From a virus: a stretch of DNA of 64,000 nucleotides. The position numbers and the translations under genes are program-made. This document shows positions 57,807 through 64,000 of the stretch, piece by piece (positions within the stretch are counted from its first letter, which is position 1; each line of letters starts with the position of its first letter). The stretch lies in UHGV virus genome UHGV-0026213, one strand, 5' to 3'. The notes beneath the pieces were generated by a model that saw only the letters and a program-made list of their open reading frames with translations, had not been told where the DNA came from and did no database searches.

Positions 57807-60800
57807 TTACGCTGATTTACGACTAACGTCGAGTTGCGGCGCGGGTTGAGTTATTGACACGTTACGTGACGCCGAACCCGGAGCGGTTGACGCCGGGTTA
57901 GCCGGTCCGTTTTGCATAGCCTGTGGCCGCTGACGAAGAATTGTTACAATCTCTTTCAGATAGCCTGCAGACTCTTTTGCAACCGCCAGCTGTTGTACGC
58001 TGATCGGATCACCGCTGTTCACTGTGGAACCGGTCTGAGCATCGGAAGTCACCGTTGGTGCAGGACGGGCTGATTTCTCCAGCTGCTGTCTAGCACCTTC
58101 TTTTACTTTAGCAACATCCTCTTCGGCCAGGCCATCAGCACGTGCATTTTGACCCACCGTTTCTACAACAACTGACGCATCACTCGGTGTAACGTCACCA
58201 CCAGGGCTCGGCACAGCCGGACCACCGCCCGTCGCAGCTTTAATGTCATCAGCCCCCATTGCACCTTTGTCTGCTAAAGCGGAGTCACGATTCGCCTCGT
58301 TCGCGGCTGGCAGGTTATCTGCCGGGCCAGAAATAGACGGATCGTTAGCAGCGCCCGCAGCGATGGCTGGGGATGACGGCATTGGCGTTACGCCTGTCGT
58401 CAAGTCTTTCAGCGATGCCTGGTTAGCCGCGATCGCGTTTGTTCCTACAGCACCAATCTTACCACCCATGATGTTGAGCACTTCATCCAAACTACGCAAT
58501 TTTCCATTCTTGTAGAAAATTGTGCTGTTTGCCGCGATTTGATCGGCCGACGCACCACGCGACGATGGCCCGTTCGGATCACGCTTCCATTCTTGCAGGA
58601 ATTTCTTACCGCCACCTTGTCCTAAGAAGTGGTAGAGGTAAACAGCTGCACCTGGAGGATCGATACCACCTAAATCCTTTCTGGCTTTCTCGATATTATC
58701 ACGAATATGACGGACGCCAAGCAGAGCATTCGCCCACGGGTCATACTGGTTGGTTTGCGGGATACCATAACGTCTCGCATAAGCTTTCATCTGCGCACCC
58801 CAGGTATCGTTGATGAACTGGAACAAGCCAGCCGCAGAACTTCCTTTAGCTTTGATACCGTATCTAAGCCCAGATTCTGCTTGTGCCATTCCCAGTGCTA
58901 ACGCTGGAGGAACACCCATCATCTTCGCTACGTCTGTAATCAGTGCTGCAACCGCATTCAAGTTAGGCTTCAATCCGTCACCCAACGTTGAAATTGGATA
59001 CTTAGCCGCTAACGTTTTATAGTCACCGTCTTGCATATCGCCAAGTTTCACGCCGAAGTTACCGGTAGTAAATGCAGCGTAATTCTTAGCTCCCATCTGA
59101 CCGTAAGCACCGGCCAAATCGTTTGGTGTGCCGTAATTCCCACCGTCGTTTGCCGCTGGTTGCAATAGGTCACGATAAGAGGAGGAGGTGTTCATCTGTG
59201 GTCGAGACGGTTGCTCCTTCTCATCGTCAGTCAAGAACATCTGAGTCGCGCGATCTTTTCGCTGCCAGTTCACACGGAAACCCGCAGAAGGCGTAGCACG
59301 CAGCGTTTTACGTACTGCCAAATCAGCTTCCTTAGACAGTTCTTTCAGGTTCTCTAACTCCGTTGCAACTGAACCGGCGTCGGTGTTAGCGTCTCCCCCT
59401 AACGGGTTAAACGGTACCTCCCACACTGACTGACGAATACCCCCTTTCAGGTTGTATGCACCACGCATCATCAGTGCGATTTCATACAAGAACCCACCCG
59501 TAACACGTAGGTCCATCGGATCGGCAGCAGGAACATAACGTTTTACCCCAACGATGTACGTCATGAAGACAGGTAAGAAGCGGTTATAGAACCAGTTCTT
59601 GTACCGATCTTCTTTTGGTCCACCAATGGCGTCGGGCGCAATCACCGCAATCGCACGTTTCCAGTCGCCTTTATACGTACAACTTTTCACATCGGTGTCT
59701 TGCAACACTTGACGTTCCAAGAGCGTATAGAGGTTACGGGTTGTTTGAGTAATACTCACCGCACCATAAGCTTTCAACCTTACGGACTCCAAATCACGGA
59801 GATCGGTTTCTTTAGGTAAACTTCTCCAGTCGACTTGAACCTGAACTTGTTCGGTGCCGTCTTCCCAACCTTCGACTTTCGCAACTTCTTTGTTGCGTTC
59901 CGCATCCGCTTGAGCCAACGCTTGGGTCGATTCTGCCACAGAAGCAACTTTGTGTCCTTCGGCCACACCGCCTGTAGCATTTACATCCTTACGTTTTTCA
60001 TCACGACGCATGTTAATCGAACGAAGCACGCGTTCTTGCGCTTCAACGACTTCTTCGCCTGACAAAAACTCGGCCGGGGTAAACGTTACGAAATCCCACG
60101 CTTTAGAGAACCAACCTTGGTTAACCTTGCGGGGATCTTCTAATGCACGGAATGCAGGCGCATCTTTCGACATCTTCATTTTGTTGAAGATGTTCAGCAT
60201 GTCCGCTTTCGACACTTTCGCTGGATTACCGACGTCTGCTAACGCGATATCGTTATCCATAGATTTCAGTGCCGTAATCCAACGTAAGTAAATGGGCACA
60301 AAACGTTGTAGCATAAACGCACTAAACGCCAGCATTTCGCCTTTGTCTTCTACGTTAGTACCAAACCCTTCGGCCAGTTTCTTCACGTCGTCACCGGACA
60401 AACCACGCAACTGTGCTTGGCCATTCTCTGTATAAGAGATGTACGGTTTCAAGTTGTCTTCTAAATAACGTGCTTTTGCGCCATCGTCGGAAGACCATTC
60501 GTCGTGATCTCTAAATCCGTACTGTGCCAATCGCATGTTATCCAGATACTGGGCATTTACACGGGTTGCCGTTTTATACGCAAACCAAGACAACGCAGCG
60601 CCTGCAGCGACCAAACCGATGATCGGCCAGCCAACCGCAGTTACCACTGCAGATGCCGCTGTCGCGACAGCACTCACCGCAGGGACAGCCAAACGGGTCA
60701 CAGCAAACTTACCAACGTTCCACAACGCTTTACCTGCAAACCCAACCGGCTTAAAGATTCCCCATTTTGCAACTTTACCTAAGATTGAACCCACTGTGCC

Positions 60801-63800
60801 TAAAATACTCACAATCGGCCCTACTAACGGTAGCCCTTTAAGGAAATCCATTACCCCGCGTTTGCCGCCTTTCTTCTCAGCCTCTTTCTTAGCCTTTTCC
60901 TCTTCCTTAGAACGACGACGGCGTCGGAAGAACTGGAAGTAATCGCGTTTTTCATCACTGGCAGGCGGCTTGTTACGTTGACCGAACTTACTGAACATGG
61001 TTCTTAACAAACCATCCGAAGCACCTGCTTTTTCCGCAGAATCACGCATGGTGTTAAACCATGACATTTCTTGAAGATTAACCATTCGGTTCAGGCGTTC
61101 CAGTAAAGCCGACCCAACGCTACGGGCTTTCTGTTTCCCTTTATTAATCACACGTCCAGCGCTATCCGTTACGGTGTCTAAGTCTTCTTTTGCCGCATCG
61201 ATGATACGTGTTTTAGACACCTTGCCTCTTGCGTAGATGTGTTGACGATAAAACTCAGCAACATCGTCATCGCGTCCTGCTAAACGACTCTCCATTCGAT
61301 AACGTGTTCCAATGTCGTAACGCGGATCACGGAAGGTATCGACCATATCGCTTGCACGGCCACGGAAACGGTCAAACCAATCACGTGCTGCACCACCCCA
61401 ACGAGAAAGACGACCACCTACCGCACTACGGTAACGGGACATTCTGTCACGCATCCGACCACGCCAATCCCGGAACCCTTGAAAATGTTCACGGAACCCA
61501 TCGCGTATGTCCTTAGCACGTTGGAATAATCCTTTAACTGAACTGGCCCCCGTATTCCGCTCCATCTGTTCTGTCCAGGTGTCATCTTCAGGTTCACCTG
61601 GCAATCTCCGGTTAAGGAGTTTGTAGATACGGATTAGGATGTGGTTAGTTTTACGGCCATTCGACCACGAGAACACACTAAACCCACCACCAGAGCCCCC
61701 TTCCTTACGGTTCTGCCACCAACGTGTCAACGGATTATCAGAAGCCAACTCTTTGAGCTTCTCAAACCCACGTTTTGCATTGTTCCACAGACGAGCTGGC
61801 ATTCCCGTTACGCGGGAAATCATGCTTTGTAAACGGGTTTTCTCTGCGCCCTCTGGAACCTCATTTAACCACTCGCGTGCTTTCTCGAACAACGAAGCCG
61901 CTTTAGGCGAAATGAAACCCAGAAGTTTCTTCGGTAAAGTCACAGCTTTGTTTACCGCCGTTCCTGCTTTCCCAGAAATGTACTGGAAAAGCGCTTGAAC
62001 TTTACCGCCTTTGTAGAAGCGCAGTTTACCTGCGGCAGCCAAATCAGCAGCCGCTAAGATTAAATTACCCGCTTCGTCGACGATGTCACGTCCCAGTTTA
62101 ATATCGTCGAGAGTTTTAAGTTGAATCAGCTTCTCAGTTTTCGGGTCAGCCTGGTAATATTCCCCAGCCTCTAAACGACTTCCTTGTAATACGACGTTAC
62201 CACGTTCATCGTAGATGTCGCGAACGCCTAAAACACCTTTACCGAAAGCTACGGCAGAATTCCAACCCGTCGATAATGTACCTGTTACTAACCCTTTCAG
62301 TCGGCTAAATACGCCGGGACCTTCGGAGGAACCGCCTGAGAATTTCCCACGAATAAAACCACCTAATGCTTGTAGGCGATCTTTCCCGCGCAGGAACAGA
62401 TTCTTACCAAACCGTCCTACACCAGAACCGGTATCCCAAAGCACCCCAGCCCAGCGACGTAACAAACCTGTCTCGCCTAGTACAACACGTTTGCGCTTAC
62501 GACGACGTTTACGGCCTGATTCACCCGAACTTTCAGGTTCGTCACCGTCATCACGACTACCGCCTAAACTGGCTAGAAGAATACCTTCCTCATCCATGTT
62601 CTTAACGTGTTTGAGGATATCTTGCACTGTGCTAGATTCGGGCTGTTTACGTACAGCATCAATCAAACGGTCGAATTGTTGCTCCAATCCGGCGTTCGTG
62701 TCTGGACGACTGCTTAAAAGTTCAACAAAGTTAGTGGATTTCTCTCCATAAAGTACCGCAGCGAGTTGGCGTGCGCTTAAACCGCGACCACGACCTCCTT
62801 TTCCACCGCCACGTACATTGGACAGTTCTTTGTCTTCAAAGCTCGGCTCTGCGCCTGCACCCATCCGACGCAAGTAATCACCCAGCGCAGAACCGTTCTG
62901 CAATTTACGCTGAATCTCTTGCTCACGGGTTAACGAACGTCCAGAGCGGGTCTTACCCATCGACAGGTCATTAAATAACGTATAGGGATCGTTAATGTCC
63001 TTATCGACCTCGAAAATGTCTTTCTTCGCATCGTATTTAAAAATACCGGAATCACGAAGTGCATTCTCGCCGTAAATCACAGACGCAGCATCAACAGTGT
63101 CCTGACGTGCGCGAATCGTTGACTGGATAGCGGCGATTTTGTTTGAAATCGCGTTGCTCAGTTCATGGTGTCCACCAACCAGTTCCGCAGAACGGGCTTC
63201 TAAAACACCCTGAATCGCTTCCACAGCGTTTGCGTTCATGTACCGATACATGTGCATCGGGTCTTTCAATAAAGACCCTACGTCGAACGCTTTCCCTTCT
63301 GAGGCACGAGATTCGATGTAGTCCGCTAATGCTTGACGTGTTTTATTATCGAGCGTTTTATCTTTATCGATAAAGTCGACAGTGTCGTTGATGTAAGTCT
63401 GTAAACGTTTACGCTGATCGTCATTAGCGACCGCTTTACGGACACGATTACCAATAACTTTACGATCCACCATACCGCGCGTGGTCAGGTCATAAACCTG
63501 ATCGTGGTGTTCACCATATCCCCGACGAATAGATTTGTTAATCTCGGACAGTAACGTCGGAATAACTTCAGTGATACTAAGGTAAGCTTTACGATCGAAT
63601 TTCGCCGCCGCAGAAAGAGATTCCGCAGAGCGATCGTCTAATGCTAACGTTTCGCGACGTAGCGGGTTAACCAATCCCACGTCGTTCAACAGGCGGAAAA
63701 AGTCGGCTAACCATCCGCTCGACTCCCCCGCAATAGCTGAGTTAGAAAGTGACGATTTATTACTAACGATGTAATTCAGCTTTTCCAACCGCTTCATTAC

Positions 63801-63983
63801 TTCTGGATTTTTCTCTAACTCGCCACGAGTCCAGTTTTGGAGACGCTCGATCTGGGGTTGTAAGAACCGTTTTGCTAACCAACCACCGGCAAACCCTGCC
63901 GCTTTATTACGCGAGTTTGTGTTACGACGGTCAGGGGACAAAGATGAGCTGTCCGACATGCCAAAGTCATCTTCCTGAGCCAT
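57807..63983 (-). CDS. Tape-measure-like giant virion protein with internal lytic transglycosylase domain (2058 aa)
   Basis: Central hydrophobic/Gly-Ala-rich segments (LPLVGPIVSILGTVGSILG..., AVPAVSAVATAASAVVTAVGWPIIGLVAAGAALSWFAY), Arg/Trp-rich repeats, and an SLT motif (GMAQAESGLRYG...AAGLFQFINDTW) in the C-terminal third. Confidence 0.6.
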   Translation of the reverse strand: MAQEDDFGMSDSSSLSPDRRNTNSRNKAAGFAGGWLAKRFLQPQIERLQNWTRGELEKNPEVMKRLEKLNYIVSNKSSLSNSAIAGESSGWLADFFRLLNDVGLVNPLRRETLALDDRSAESLSAAAKFDRKAYLSITEVIPTLLSEINKSIRRGYGEHHDQVYDLTTRGMVDRKVIGNRVRKAVANDDQRKRLQTYINDTVDFIDKDKTLDNKTRQALADYIESRASEGKAFDVGSLLKDPMHMYRYMNANAVEAIQGVLEARSAELVGGHHELSNAISNKIAAIQSTIRARQDTVDAASVIYGENALRDSGIFKYDAKKDIFEVDKDINDPYTLFNDLSMGKTRSGRSLTREQEIQRKLQNGSALGDYLRRMGAGAEPSFEDKELSNVRGGGKGGRGRGLSARQLAAVLYGEKSTNFVELLSSRPDTNAGLEQQFDRLIDAVRKQPESSTVQDILKHVKNMDEEGILLASLGGSRDDGDEPESSGESGRKRRRKRKRVVLGETGLLRRWAGVLWDTGSGVGRFGKNLFLRGKDRLQALGGFIRGKFSGGSSEGPGVFSRLKGLVTGTLSTGWNSAVAFGKGVLGVRDIYDERGNVVLQGSRLEAGEYYQADPKTEKLIQLKTLDDIKLGRDIVDEAGNLILAAADLAAAGKLRFYKGGKVQALFQYISGKAGTAVNKAVTLPKKLLGFISPKAASLFEKAREWLNEVPEGAEKTRLQSMISRVTGMPARLWNNAKRGFEKLKELASDNPLTRWWQNRKEGGSGGGFSVFSWSNGRKTNHILIRIYKLLNRRLPGEPEDDTWTEQMERNTGASSVKGLFQRAKDIRDGFREHFQGFRDWRGRMRDRMSRYRSAVGGRLSRWGGAARDWFDRFRGRASDMVDTFRDPRYDIGTRYRMESRLAGRDDDVAEFYRQHIYARGKVSKTRIIDAAKEDLDTVTDSAGRVINKGKQKARSVGSALLERLNRMVNLQEMSWFNTMRDSAEKAGASDGLLRTMFSKFGQRNKPPASDEKRDYFQFFRRRRRSKEEEKAKKEAEKKGGKRGVMDFLKGLPLVGPIVSILGTVGSILGKVAKWGIFKPVGFAGKALWNVGKFAVTRLAVPAVSAVATAASAVVTAVGWPIIGLVAAGAALSWFAYKTATRVNAQYLDNMRLAQYGFRDHDEWSSDDGAKARYLEDNLKPYISYTENGQAQLRGLSGDDVKKLAEGFGTNVEDKGEMLAFSAFMLQRFVPIYLRWITALKSMDNDIALADVGNPAKVSKADMLNIFNKMKMSKDAPAFRALEDPRKVNQGWFSKAWDFVTFTPAEFLSGEEVVEAQERVLRSINMRRDEKRKDVNATGGVAEGHKVASVAESTQALAQADAERNKEVAKVEGWEDGTEQVQVQVDWRSLPKETDLRDLESVRLKAYGAVSITQTTRNLYTLLERQVLQDTDVKSCTYKGDWKRAIAVIAPDAIGGPKEDRYKNWFYNRFLPVFMTYIVGVKRYVPAADPMDLRVTGGFLYEIALMMRGAYNLKGGIRQSVWEVPFNPLGGDANTDAGSVATELENLKELSKEADLAVRKTLRATPSAGFRVNWQRKDRATQMFLTDDEKEQPSRPQMNTSSSYRDLLQPAANDGGNYGTPNDLAGAYGQMGAKNYAAFTTGNFGVKLGDMQDGDYKTLAAKYPISTLGDGLKPNLNAVAALITDVAKMMGVPPALALGMAQAESGLRYGIKAKGSSAAGLFQFINDTWGAQMKAYARRYGIPQTNQYDPWANALLGVRHIRDNIEKARKDLGGIDPPGAAVYLYHFLGQGGGKKFLQEWKRDPNGPSSRGASADQIAANSTIFYKNGKLRSLDEVLNIMGGKIGAVGTNAIAANQASLKDLTTGVTPMPSSPAIAAGAANDPSISGPADNLPAANEANRDSALADKGAMGADDIKAATGGGPAVPSPGGDVTPSDASVVVETVGQNARADGLAEEDVAKVKEGARQQLEKSARPAPTVTSDAQTGSTVNSGDPISVQQLAVAKESAGYLKEIVTILRQRPQAMQNGPANPASTAPGSASRNVSITQPAPQLDVSRKSA

Positions 63984-64000
63984 CCCTAGAACTTGTTCTA

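Noticed and set aside
1-64000. Prophage or integrative element (integrase, att sites, transposase)
   Set aside because: No tyrosine/serine recombinase or transposase motifs and no host-like flanking genes seen; gene content matches a virulent phage.
1-64000. CRISPR array or tRNA/rRNA genes
   Set aside because: No regularly spaced direct repeats and no cloverleaf-compatible region identified by eye; tRNAs cannot be fully excluded without tRNAscan-SE.

Overview
This window reads as part of a large virulent tailed phage genome; I see no integrase, transposase, tRNA, rRNA or CRISPR array. Both ends carry leftward (minus-strand) virion genes: at the left, three tail-fibre proteins (one truncated by the window edge), a 321-aa putative tail protein and a small DUF1471-like gene; at the right, a 2058-aa tape-measure-like protein with a lytic transglycosylase domain plus two further structural genes. 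Between them (about 13.1-55.0 kb) is a densely packed, mostly rightward block of roughly 55 short genes with strong Shine-Dalgarno sites and many hairpin/T-run terminators. Recognisable products there include an SbcC/Rad50-like ATPase, a DEDDh exonuclease, an RNase H-like protein, a UvsX/RecA-like recombinase, a MazG-like pyrophosphohydrolase, a secreted lytic transglycosylase and a GNAT-like protein. The most unusual features are a thymidylate synthase carrying a ~205-aa in-frame insertion with homing-endonuclease-like motifs, two candidate ADP-ribosylation-reversal enzymes (a TARG1/DarG-like macro domain and a NADAR/YbiA-like protein), a HEPN-motif protein, tandem paralog families, a run of five small signal-peptide proteins, and two recurring promoter-like motifs. 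All functional calls come from motifs read by eye in the supplied translations; no database search was run. My hand-derived coordinates (start refinements, motifs, terminators) are approximate to a few nt, whereas ORF-track coordinates are exact.
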